This document shows positions 27,495-35,266 of a DNA stretch of 64,000 bases, piece after piece. The notes under the pieces were generated by a model. That model was not told where the DNA came from. It saw only the letters and a list, made by a program, of their open reading frames with translations, and ran no database searches. This stretch comes from a virus. The position numbers were made by a program, and so were the translations under genes. The DNA lies in the IMG/VR virus record IMGVR_UViG_3300003375_000013, positions 32,001-96,000 of that record; one strand, 5' to 3'. Position 1 is the first letter of the stretch, and each line of letters starts with the position of its first letter.

Positions 27495-27578
27495 CGCGAG
27501 GTGGCAGAGTGGTTGAATGCGGGGGACTGCAAATCCCTTTCGAAAGACACGTAGGTTCGAATCCTATCCTCGCGTCCA
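27495..27578 (+). tRNA. tRNA-Cys(GCA) with expanded variable region
   Basis: CGCGAGG/CCTCGCG, U73, CCA, loop CTGCAAA. Confidence 0.92.
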
Positions 27579-27594
27579 TATTTTTAAATAGTAG

Positions 27595-27623
27595 TTGACA
27601 ATTAAAACAATCTCATCTATAAT
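27595..27623 (+). promoter_or_regulatory. sigma70-type promoter
   Basis: TTGACA-17-TATAAT. Confidence 0.85.
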
Positions 27624-27710
27624 ATCTGTATAGTAAGTAATTCAGTTGAAAGCAACTTACATCACTGTAGGATTACTACAGTATAAGTACTGTCGTTAAA
27701 AGGATGCAGT

Positions 27711-27833
27711 ATGAAAAATTATGTTGTAGAATATCAAACAGAACAAGAAGCGGTTAAAGAATTTCACCGTACATCAATTAAGTTCTTATGTGATTTAATT
27801 GCGTTAGGTTTTATAATTTATTTGTTTCATTAG
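27711..27833 (+). CDS. Small peptide (40 aa) with hydrophobic C-terminus
   Basis: MKNYVVEYQT...LIALGFIIYLFH; SD AAGGA within a hairpin. Confidence 0.45.
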   Translation: MKNYVVEYQTEQEAVKEFHRTSIKFLCDLIALGFIIYLFH

Positions 27834-28038
27834 AATCCCGGCGTCCCCAGTCGTTATTAATAGGGCGTGAATTAACTCCACGATAAAGTTAAGGGTGCTT
27901 ACGATCTACCTTAGAGTCCCTCTGTCGGGAGCCTGAAAAAATCGTAGGGTGTTGCTGAACATGCCCATACTCATAGAGAATAATCAGACGGACAGGGTAG
28001 ACAACTCATGTAGGGGCTAGAGGGATTTAGTAGCCTAC

Positions 28039-28152
28039 ACCATATTGAAGTACATTCAAAGGCGAAGCGCAAGCCGAGTGGTGGACATAGCGTTGCTCCT
28101 AGAAGAGCAATGTTGACAGGTTCGAATCCTGTGGAGTGTATTTCAATATGGT
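28039..28152 (+). ncRNA. Conserved-helix RNA cassette A (head contains a tRNA-like T-arm)
   Basis: 19-bp ACCATATTGAAGTACATTC/GAGTGTATTTCAATATGGT with two G-U pairs; head has ACAGG-TTCGAAT-CCTGT. Confidence 0.7.
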
Positions 28153-28354
28153 TTGTGTGCTACCGCAAGTAGACCCGCCCAGAATAATACGGATCGCTAT
28201 TCGGTGTTGTTCATGAGAAAGCAAGGTAAGGCTGTCCCAAGAGTAAAGAGAGCGTGAGGGGATAGACACAAATCATAAAATCGGCCCATGTTCCCACCGT
28301 GCGGCAACCGAGGTTAAATAAAGCCAGGACGAATGCTGTCGTTAACGGTGGGGT

Positions 28355-28430
28355 TCATATTGAAGTACATTAAGGGTGGCATAAGTTTGATAAGCCAAGA
28401 AATAATCCTTCATAGTGTATTTCAATATGG
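28355..28430 (+). ncRNA. Conserved-helix RNA cassette B
   Basis: 18-bp TCATATTGAAGTACATTA/TAGTGTATTTCAATATGG; 40-nt head. Confidence 0.7.
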
Positions 28431-28539
28431 TTAGTACACAGTGAAAAACGCCGACCCTGCCCGACTAGTCATCGGGAAAGTCGGGGTCTAGTAGCTACGA
28501 ATCCCGACAATAGGCTTTTGACCGAGCCGACGATAGGGA

Positions 28540-28616
28540 ACCATATTGAAACACATTAACCTCGCCGCGAGTGCGAGTTAGGAAATGATTGCCTGTTTAG
28601 TGTGTTTCAATATGGT
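28540..28616 (+). ncRNA. Conserved-helix RNA cassette C
   Basis: 20-bp ACCATATTGAAACACATTAA/TTAGTGTGTTTCAATATGGT; two-hairpin head. Confidence 0.7.
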
Positions 28617-28663
28617 AGCCCTGTTCAAGTGAAATGGTCACACGCCCTTTCTTGAATGGACTG

Positions 28664-28772
28664 TTACCATATTGAAGTGTATTAAACGCCAACAAGAAGA
28701 AGGCGGTCCAGCGTCAACTGGGCGAAGTTGCGTTTGACGGTGCAAAGGATTTAATATATTTCAATATGGTAA
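28664..28772 (+). ncRNA. Conserved-helix RNA cassette D
   Basis: 23-bp TTACCATATTGAAGTGTATTAAA/TTTAATATATTTCAATATGGTAA; 63-nt head. Confidence 0.7.
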
Positions 28773-28782
28773 TAAAGAATTA

Positions 28783-28860
28783 GGCCAATGGGACTGCATG
28801 GTGTGGTCGCCCGCCTGTCACGCGGGATATCGATGGGATCGTTACCCATATTGGTCGCCA
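28783..28860 (+). tRNA. tRNA-Asp(GTC)
   Basis: GGCCAAT/ATTGGTC, G73, CCCGC-CTGTCAC-GCGGG; T-loop ATCGTTA. Confidence 0.9.
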
Positions 28861-28867
28861 AAGTTAT

Positions 28868-28945
28868 CCTCGTTGAGATCCAGTGTTATGGTCGGGTGTT
28901 TTACTACACTTTAAGCTGTGGTTAGAATCCACAGGACGAGGGCCA
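28868..28945 (+). tRNA. Atypical tRNA-like gene, anticodon unassignable (6- or 8-nt loop)
   Basis: CCTCGTT/GACGAGG, G73, CCA, T-arm CTGTGG-TTAGAAT-CCACAG; anticodon arm GGTGT-TTTACT-ACACT. Confidence 0.6.
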
Positions 28946-28948
28946 AGT

Positions 28949-29120
28949 TTTGTAAGTGTTAGCAAAAGAGAAAGCCGCAGAGATGCAAACTTGCGGTAAG
29001 TTGGGCCTAATTAGCCTAGTAGCAAACAAGTATCTTCCAAGTAACGTACCCTCGACAGTCAGGTACCCTAGTTTTATGACTCGAATGGTTTCAATAGTGA
29101 GCGGTGAAACTACTTACAAA
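28949..29120 (+). ncRNA. Unassigned multi-hairpin structured RNA
   Basis: Closing helix TTTGTAAGT/ACTTACAAA enclosing CCGCA/TGCGG, GTACC/GGTAC and GTTTCA/TGAAAC hairpins. Confidence 0.5.
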
Positions 29121-29168
29121 TTCATTTTTATTCTTGCTACACCCTAATCTTTATAGTAAATAATAACA

Positions 29169-30641
29169 ATGTATCATGGAATAATCTTATGCGGTAGTAG
29201 GAATGACAGCGCAGGCAGAAATATCGCAGGCTATCGTCTACGCACATCTGCAGAGAAATTCAATTATGATAACTTAGTTATTGATTGCGCTACAGCAATG
29301 ACCCAAGCTGAGTTAGAACTATTACTAGATAATGTCATTACTACTAAGACATTATTTTTAGGTGTCAGTACAGTTTGGTTAGATCGTCCACACAATGCCC
29401 ATGGTGATATTGAATGGATTAACAAAGATTTTTTTGATAGAATTCGTGCTAAGTACCCACAGATAAAAATTGTCGCAGGCGGCAATGGTGTACTAAGAAT
29501 GCCTGGTGCTCGTGATATATATAACTCAGCAGACTGGCACATTAGTGGATTTAGTGATGATAGTTTTCCTAGATTTCTAATGTTATTAGAAGGCAAGTCA
29601 GGACATCAGTTAAAGTATTTTATTGACAGCAATGGTAAAAAAACTGTAGATAGTAATAAGTTTCACACTATCGGAAATCCTGATGACATTGAAACTGTAC
29701 TAAAAGCAGATGATGATTTTTATAGTCATCAACCAATACCATTAGAAGTCAGCAGAGGTTGTATTTTTAGATGTGCGTTTTGTAATCATCCCTTTCAAGG
29801 TGCTAAAGATTACGATTCATACATGAGAACACCTACTAGTCTAAGTAACGAACTTCGCCGTAATTATGAATTGTTTGGCACTACTAGATATTCGTTGATG
29901 GATGATACATTCAATGATAGTATAGAGAAGTTAAACAGACTTGAACAAGCGATAGAATTAGCAAAGATACCAAATTTTGAATTTCAATGCTACATTAAAC
30001 CAGAGTTATTAGTAACTAAGCCCGAGATGATTCCGCAGTTGTTGCGAATGGGGCTTACTGGTGGTTTCGTTGGTATAGAAAGTCTTAGCAATCAAGCTAG
30101 ACGAGCAATGAATAAGGGAATGAATATTGATAAGGTATTACATTCTCTTACAGAGCTAACTAGCACTGGCCAAGTTAAATTAAATGCTGGATTTATAGTA
30201 GGATTGCCAGGTGATACAATAGATGATATGTATAAGACATTTGATTTTTGTAAAGCTAATCCTAAATTATTTAGATCGTGGAATTTCAGTAGCCTTGGAA
30301 TTTATAGTTATAATGATGTTGAAAAAGAATCAACATTAATAAGTCCATTAGAGCGAGATCCAGAAAAATATGGATATACAATTATTAAAAAGCCAGGCGA
30401 AAATAGTTTTTGGAAAAATGAATTTATGACATCCGTTGAATCACTTAATACAGCAGGCAAATTACTAAAACAATCGTCTGAAATTATAAAATGCGGTGGA
30501 TGGGCAATTAGTTCAGCATGGCATAATAATGTATCAGATTATGATATTGATAATAAAACAAGATTAGAATTAAATTTAGAATTAAGTGGTAGACAACTTG
30601 TTCGTGATCGTGCTATAATTACGCTTAAGAAGTTTACTTAG
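29169..30641 (+). CDS. Radical SAM protein with N-terminal B12-binding-like domain
   Basis: EVSRGCIFRCAFC, MDDTFND, VGIES, GFIVGLPGD; late promoter 6 nt upstream. Confidence 0.88.
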   Translation: MYHGIILCGSRNDSAGRNIAGYRLRTSAEKFNYDNLVIDCATAMTQAELELLLDNVITTKTLFLGVSTVWLDRPHNAHGDIEWINKDFFDRIRAKYPQIKIVAGGNGVLRMPGARDIYNSADWHISGFSDDSFPRFLMLLEGKSGHQLKYFIDSNGKKTVDSNKFHTIGNPDDIETVLKADDDFYSHQPIPLEVSRGCIFRCAFCNHPFQGAKDYDSYMRTPTSLSNELRRNYELFGTTRYSLMDDTFNDSIEKLNRLEQAIELAKIPNFEFQCYIKPELLVTKPEMIPQLLRMGLTGGFVGIESLSNQARRAMNKGMNIDKVLHSLTELTSTGQVKLNAGFIVGLPGDTIDDMYKTFDFCKANPKLFRSWNFSSLGIYSYNDVEKESTLISPLERDPEKYGYTIIKKPGENSFWKNEFMTSVESLNTAGKLLKQSSEIIKCGGWAISSAWHNNVSDYDIDNKTRLELNLELSGRQLVRDRAIITLKKFT

Positions 30642-30652
30642 AAACAAATAAC

Positions 30653-30692
30653 GGAGTAGAAGCATCAATGGTGATGCAGCTGACTGTAAATC
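30653..30692 (+). pseudogene. 5' half of a disrupted tRNA-Tyr(GTA)
   Basis: GGAGTAG..GCATC-AATGGT-GATGC-A-GCTGA-CTGTAAA-TC, then abrupt loss of structure. Confidence 0.8.
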
Positions 30693-30725
30693 TACAACTG
30701 TAAACGATAATACATAAATAAAGTT

Positions 30726-31463
30726 ATGGATTATTATTTACACTACGAAAAGTTAATACAGCGAGCAAAATCTAGAATATTAGATGATAAGAAGGAAACA
30801 CATCATGTTATTCCAAGATGTATGGGCGGCACTGATGATAAATCTAATCTAGTAGAGTTAACTCCAGAAGAGCATTATACCGCACATCTTCTATTAACTA
30901 GGATTTATCCCACTAATAGAAAATTAATCAATGCTGCGGCAATGATGATTCCTGGTAGACAGTCTAATAAATTATACGGATGGCTTCGCAGAAGATTTCA
31001 AGATAGACAAAGCGAACTACAAACAGGAGACGGGAATTCTCAGTTTGGAACCATGTGGATATTTAATTTAGAGTTAGAAGAATGTAAAAAAGTACCAAAG
31101 TCTAATCATACACCAAATGGCTGGCAAAAAGGTAGAGTAGTAAATTTTGTATCCTATAAAAATGAACTAATAAAGAAAGAACAGAAAAATATTCTGTACT
31201 CCCAAAGAAAAGAATTTTTGTTAGAATATCAGCAACAAGATAAGTTTAAAAAACAACAAGAACGAGAAATAACAAAAAGAGAATATAAAGAATATATTTT
31301 AGGATTATATGAGGAATTTAAGGCAGGCAACTATTATTCTATTAGTGAATTTCATAAATTAGCCAATGTTTCAGTTTCAAGAATGACCTTGAGTAACTAT
31401 TGGAGAAAATGGGTGCCAGAATATAAAGAAAATTCCAAAGAAGCTAAAAGATACAGGATGTGA
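30726..31463 (+). CDS. HNH homing endonuclease
   Basis: ETHHVIPRCMGGTDDKSNLVELTPEEHYTAH; GNSQFGTMWI-type repeat. Confidence 0.9.
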   Translation: MDYYLHYEKLIQRAKSRILDDKKETHHVIPRCMGGTDDKSNLVELTPEEHYTAHLLLTRIYPTNRKLINAAAMMIPGRQSNKLYGWLRRRFQDRQSELQTGDGNSQFGTMWIFNLELEECKKVPKSNHTPNGWQKGRVVNFVSYKNELIKKEQKNILYSQRKEFLLEYQQQDKFKKQQEREITKREYKEYILGLYEEFKAGNYYSISEFHKLANVSVSRMTLSNYWRKWVPEYKENSKEAKRYRM

Positions 31464-31469
31464 AGATTT

Positions 31470-31556
31470 GGATTGGTATACCTCTAAGGACGGGGCCGTG
31501 ACTGTAAATCACGTGGTTTTATACCTGGCAAGGATCGTTACCTTGACAATCCACCA
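31470..31556 (+). tRNA. tRNA-Tyr(GTA)
   Basis: CGTGA-CTGTAAA-TCACG, long variable arm, A73, CCA; T-loop ATCGTTA. Confidence 0.88.
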
Positions 31557-31562
31557 AGTAAT

Positions 31563-31637
31563 GCAGCTATCGTCTATCGGTTAGGACTCAGGGTTTTCAT
31601 CCCTGCAAGAGGAGTTCGATTCTCCTTAGCTGTACCA
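31563..31637 (+). tRNA. tRNA-Glu(TTC)
   Basis: CAGGG-TTTTCAT-CCCTG; GCAGCTA/TAGCTGT; CCA. Confidence 0.9.
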
Positions 31638-31645
31638 GTTTTAAT

Positions 31646-31738
31646 GGGTAGTAATGCAGCGGGGTTGGTCCTGCGACTGGCCTTGAAAACCAGGTTCTCT
31701 GTAATGGGGATGGGGTTCGACTCCTCTGCTGCCCGCCA
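31646..31738 (+). tRNA. tRNA-Ser(TGA)
   Basis: Loop CTTGAAA, long variable arm, G73, CCA. Confidence 0.9.
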
Positions 31739-31886
31739 AGTAACTACTGTTGAGAGACAGTGGCTAGCCGATAAGTTAACTGACAAGATTGCCTAATTAA
31801 CAATCTTAGTTAATTTATTAACTCTCTTAGTGGAGGATTTCCTGTGCCACTTAAAATAAGACGCAGGAGCCAAATTTTAAGTTTAC

Positions 31887-31978
31887 GGAACGGTGGCCGA
31901 GTGGCCTAAGGCAGCAGGTTGCTAACCTGTCGTATACAGCAATGTGTACCGTGAGTTCGAATCTCACCTGTTCCGCCA
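31887..31978 (+). tRNA. tRNA-Ser(GCT)
   Basis: GCAGG-TTGCTAA-CCTGT, long variable arm, G73, CCA. Confidence 0.93.
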
Positions 31979-31980
31979 AT

Positions 31981-32075
31981 GGTAGATAGCACTGGAGTGC
32001 GGCGGGCCCTTATAAAGCCCGGAGACTGGTCAGATGGGCTGGAACGGCAGGGATCGTAACCCTGATCTACTACCA
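31981..32075 (+). tRNA. tRNA-Ile(TAT), atypical (short D-loop, long variable region)
   Basis: GGTAGAT/ATCTACT, A73, CCA; loop CTTATAA; T-loop ATCGTAA. Confidence 0.7.
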
Positions 32076-32081
32076 AATATT

Positions 32082-32158
32082 GCGTCCGTAGCTCAACTGG
32101 ATAGAGTTCTGGTCTTCGAAACCAGCTGTTGGGAGTTCGAATCTCTCCGGACGCACCA
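32082..32158 (+). tRNA. tRNA-Arg(TCG)
   Basis: CTGGT-CTTCGAA-ACCAG; GCGTCCG/CGGACGC; CCA. Confidence 0.93.
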
Positions 32159-32165
32159 CAGTAAT

Positions 32166-32242
32166 ACCTGTTTAGCTCAGCTGGTTAGAGCACCATCTTG
32201 ATAAGGTGGGGGTCTCTGGTTCGATTCCAGAAACAGGTACCA
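32166..32242 (+). tRNA. tRNA-Ile(GAT)
   Basis: CCATC-TTGATAA-GGTGG; ACCTGTT/AACAGGT; CCA. Confidence 0.93.
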
Positions 32243-32256
32243 GTATAAATACTATT

Positions 32257-32763
32257 ATGAAAATCATAGAACTATTAACAGAATCTACAAGCCAGTTTGA
32301 TCCATTATTAATTGAATTTTGGAAATCTAGTAGCCCAGCAGATTTGAAATATTTCTTTGTTCAAAACAACTGCTATGGGGCATCGCAGTCTTTTATGGAA
32401 TTTCTTGAAAATAAAGGAATTCACACAGCAGAAATTGTACCAATTGGCCGTGTACGCAATGGTAAAAAAACTGAAGGATGGTTTCATGCAGATGTTCCAG
32501 ATACAACATTAGATGCATTTACTAAGGAAGATATAGCTGCATGTAAAAGTCAAGGTTTAGATCCTCGTAAAAAAGCAGATCGAATTGCATATATTACCAA
32601 CAACAATCTTGAAGACGAGTTCAAATGGATTCCCCATAGTTGGGTAGAAGTTCGTGGACAAATTTTAGATCCCAGCGGATTTTACATTGACGGTAAGAGC
32701 GGTCAGTTCGACCATTTAGTACACAACAAATCAAATTTATCACAACGATATCAATATTTTTAA
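32257..32763 (+). CDS. Hypothetical protein with a transglutaminase-like Cys-His-Asp arrangement
   Basis: MKIIELLTES start 5 nt after TATAAATA; NNCYGAS...PHSWVEV....LDPS. The ORF-track start lies inside a tRNA. Confidence 0.6.
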   Translation: MKIIELLTESTSQFDPLLIEFWKSSSPADLKYFFVQNNCYGASQSFMEFLENKGIHTAEIVPIGRVRNGKKTEGWFHADVPDTTLDAFTKEDIAACKSQGLDPRKKADRIAYITNNNLEDEFKWIPHSWVEVRGQILDPSGFYIDGKSGQFDHLVHNKSNLSQRYQYF

Positions 32764-32766
32764 AAT

Positions 32767-32841
32767 GGGTGCTTCATCTAATTGGCAAGATTGTGGATTC
32801 CAAATCCATTCATCTAGGTTCGAGTCCTAGGGTGCCCGCCA
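32767..32841 (+). tRNA. tRNA-Trp(CCA)
   Basis: GTGGA-TTCCAAA-TCCAT; G73; CCA. Confidence 0.9.
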
Positions 32842-32861
32842 AATTAACCTGAGAGGTCGTA

Positions 32862-33332
32862 ATGAAGTTCAACATACCACAAATCAAAGAGTTCATAGAT
32901 AGACAAGGTCCCAACACTAAAATTTATATTGGTGTTGACTCGGAGCGAATTAAAAAAGGTACACAATGGTACGCTGACTATACGGCAGCTATCGTTGTTC
33001 ACTTAGATGGAAAACATGGTTGTAAGCTGTTTGGTGAGGTAACTCGTGAAAGAGATTACGACCGAGTTGACAAACCTAACACTAGGCTTATGACCGAAGT
33101 TTTTAAAGTTTCGGAACTGTATCTTAAACTAGCAGAAGTTCTGGAAAATCGTGAGGTTTCGGTACATTTAGATATTAATCCGAATGATCAACATGCCAGC
33201 TCTAATGTAGTGGCACAAGCTATTGGATATATTCGCGGTACTTGTAATGTAGAGCCACAAGTTAAGCCACATGCATGGGCTGCTTCGTATGCTGCGGATA
33301 GGTTTAAAGGTTTAAAAGTTGCTAATTCTTAA
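32862..33332 (+). CDS. RNase H-like YkuK (DUF458) family protein
   Basis: IYIGVDS, RLMTEV, VHLDINPN, KPHAWAASYAAD. Confidence 0.82.
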   Translation: MKFNIPQIKEFIDRQGPNTKIYIGVDSERIKKGTQWYADYTAAIVVHLDGKHGCKLFGEVTRERDYDRVDKPNTRLMTEVFKVSELYLKLAEVLENREVSVHLDINPNDQHASSNVVAQAIGYIRGTCNVEPQVKPHAWAASYAADRFKGLKVANS

Positions 33333-34004
33333 AAATGAAGGATCACGGCCTTTATGAAATCCTTCCGGAATTGGATCACAAACAGGATGCTTACGACTTA
33401 AAGTTCCGTTTGTGATCCAGCAAAATTTTCCAATAGATTTTTTACGGCCTTTATCCATAGCATCTAATACAGATTGTGGTCTCTTTTTTCCGGCCATTGG
33501 ATTAGGTTTTCCTGCGCTAACTTGTTCTTGTCGTATTTTACTTAAGTGTTCGGAGCGAATCTGTTTTAATTCTTTTGCTTTTTCATTTCCGTAAATTTCT
33601 TCATAAGTTTTGCCTTTAAGAATTCCTTTTCTGCCTTTGGAAATATTAGTGCGAGATTCAGGAGAAGTTGAACTAAAACGATTATGACCAAGTGTTTTAT
33701 CAAAATAATGTTTGTTTAAACATAATGGATTTTTAATATTTTCTTTAATTAAATCTTGTTCAAACCAATAAGCATCATCACTAGCTGTTTCAGTGTAAAA
33801 TTCAGCAACAACCGACCATATAAAGTCATTAAAGTTGTCTTTTACTAGCTGTGCAGATGAACATGTGTTATAATGAAATCCTAAATCTAAATGAGATTGA
33901 ATTTTATTTTTTTCACGATATCCGATATAAAATTGACCGGTAACTTTATGAATGCCAATATAGACATAAGGATAATTTTTATTTTTATATAAATGATTTT
34001 TCAT
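33312..34004 (-). CDS. GIY-YIG-type homing endonuclease
   Basis: YPYVYIGIHKVTGQFYIGYR, FEQDLI, LNKH, NPMAGK; start probably ATG 34004, 5 nt after TAAATA. Confidence 0.82.
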   Translation of the reverse strand: MKNHLYKNKNYPYVYIGIHKVTGQFYIGYREKNKIQSHLDLGFHYNTCSSAQLVKDNFNDFIWSVVAEFYTETASDDAYWFEQDLIKENIKNPLCLNKHYFDKTLGHNRFSSTSPESRTNISKGRKGILKGKTYEEIYGNEKAKELKQIRSEHLSKIRQEQVSAGKPNPMAGKKRPQSVLDAMDKGRKKSIGKFCWITNGTLSRKHPVCDPIPEGFHKGRDPSFLRISNF

Positions 34005-34075
34005 ATAAGTATTTATACATCTAGACATTAATCAGAGAGAAAAATGAGAGTAACAACTAAAAAGGATGTAAAATT

Positions 34076-34321
34076 ATGCCATTAGATAATAGCATGTATC
34101 CCACCATGCAGGAAGATGTGTGGATGCCACGATTATCAGTTTATGATAAGTGTTTTGCTTGGTTACCACATCGGTGTACTCAAAGTAACTGTGTAATATG
34201 GTTACGGTGGGGTCGTAGATATCAGCGGTGGGTTGGATATGGGGATGGTCGTTACTTGAAATACATATGGTTAACTGAAAAGGAATACCTAATGTATTGT
34301 TTAAAGGCAGGCAATGAGTAA
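34076..34321 (+). CDS. Hypothetical Trp/Arg-rich small protein
   Basis: FAWLPHRC...IWLRWG; SD AGGA. Confidence 0.6.
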   Translation: MPLDNSMYPTMQEDVWMPRLSVYDKCFAWLPHRCTQSNCVIWLRWGRRYQRWVGYGDGRYLKYIWLTEKEYLMYCLKAGNE

Positions 34322-34775
34322 CATCACAAAAGGTCGTAAGAGTTATGACAGTACTATGGGTAACACCATAGTACCGTTCTTTAATCGCAATGTAACACCT
34401 TATCCCACTGAAGCTGGTGGTCCTAAGTTTGATCTAGTTCCAGTTACACAACAAAAAGACATTATGATTAATAATGCCCGCTTGTATGCTCAGCAGGAAT
34501 ATGATAGAATAATGGAATTAGTAGCAGTATTAGAAAGACAAGCAGGAGATATTAAGCGTCGATTAGACATGACTGACTTAGTACACAGTTGTAAATATGA
34601 TTTTCAGCTGAGTATGGGTCATGTGTATTGGGTAGTTAAAGATACACGCAAGAATATAACGATACTAACTGGCATGTCGCCAACTGATTGGACTAGTGGT
34701 GTTCCAGTTGATTATGAATATTTAATACAAGTAAGATATCTAGGAGATCACTCCTGGATGGAAGTAACTGAGTAA
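34314..34775 (+). CDS. DUF2452-like protein
   Basis: TPYPTEAGGPKFD, AQQEYDRIMELVAVL..QA, YDFQLSMG. Confidence 0.65.
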   Translation: MSNITKGRKSYDSTMGNTIVPFFNRNVTPYPTEAGGPKFDLVPVTQQKDIMINNARLYAQQEYDRIMELVAVLERQAGDIKRRLDMTDLVHSCKYDFQLSMGHVYWVVKDTRKNITILTGMSPTDWTSGVPVDYEYLIQVRYLGDHSWMEVTE

Positions 34776-34780
34776 GTAAT

Positions 34781-34863
34781 GCCCCGGTGGTGGAACGGTC
34801 TACACAGCGGTCTTAGAAGCCGTCCTTAATTGGGTGCGAGTTCGAATCTCGCCTGGGGCACCA
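34781..34863 (+). tRNA. tRNA-Leu(TAG)
   Basis: GCGGT-CTTAGAA-GCCGT, variable arm, A73, CCA. Confidence 0.93.
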
Positions 34864-34868
34864 TATAT

Positions 34869-34953
34869 GCGAAAGTGGAGAAATTGGTATATTCACTAGA
34901 TTCAAAATCTTGCGCTGCAAGGCATGCGGGTTCGAGTCCCGCCTTTCGCACCA
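34869..34953 (+). tRNA. tRNA-Leu(CAA)
   Basis: Loop TTCAAAA, variable arm, A73, CCA. Confidence 0.92.
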
Positions 34954-34959
34954 TAATAT

Positions 34960-34988
34960 TTGACAGTAATAGTAAAGCACTATATAAT
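34960..34988 (+). promoter_or_regulatory. sigma70-type promoter inside the tRNA array
   Basis: TTGACA-17-TATAAT. Confidence 0.8.
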
Positions 34989-34998
34989 AGTAACATGC

Positions 34999-35084
34999 GG
35001 GGATGTGGCGAAATTTGGTATATGCAAGGCGCTTAAAACGCCTCGCCGTAAGGCATGCCGGTTCGAGTCCGGCCATCCCCACCA
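34999..35084 (+). tRNA. tRNA-Leu(TAA)
   Basis: AGGCG-CTTAAAA-CGCCT, variable arm, CCA. Confidence 0.93.
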
Positions 35085-35103
35085 AAGATAGTTGAAGTAC
35101 AAT

Positions 35104-35174
35104 GCGGGATTAGTTTAATGGTAAAACTACAGATTTCCAATCTGTTGTTATCAGTTCGATTCTGATATTCCGCT
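35104..35174 (+). tRNA. tRNA-Gly(TCC), CCA not encoded
   Basis: ACAGA-TTTCCAA-TCTGT; GCGGGAT/ATTCCGC; U73. Confidence 0.9.
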
Positions 35175-35194
35175 CATTTTACTTAGATTTGTGA

Positions 35195-35266
35195 GCAGGA
35201 TTAATTCAGCGGTAGAATGTCTCGTTGCCAACGAGAATGCCATCGGTTCGATCCCGATATCCTGCT
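35195..35266 (+). tRNA. tRNA-Gly(GCC), CCA not encoded, acceptor extended by flanking pairing
   Basis: CTCG-TTGCCAA-CGAG; GCAGGAT/ATCCTGC; U73. Confidence 0.9.

Noticed and set aside
28092-28114. Amber- or Leu-type anticodon in cassette A (loop CTAGAA)
   Set aside because: The loop is 6 nt on a 10-bp stem with no acceptor/CCA geometry; not a tRNA.
28039-28772. CRISPR array interpretation of the recurring ATATTGAAG/TTTCAATATG motifs
   Set aside because: The motifs are inverted pairs enclosing structured heads, spacing is irregular, and there are no cas genes in the window.
26937-29125. RNase P RNA, SRP RNA or 6S RNA
   Set aside because: I could not find the P4 (GAGGAAAGUCC) or SRP domain IV signatures by eye; left unassigned pending a covariance search.
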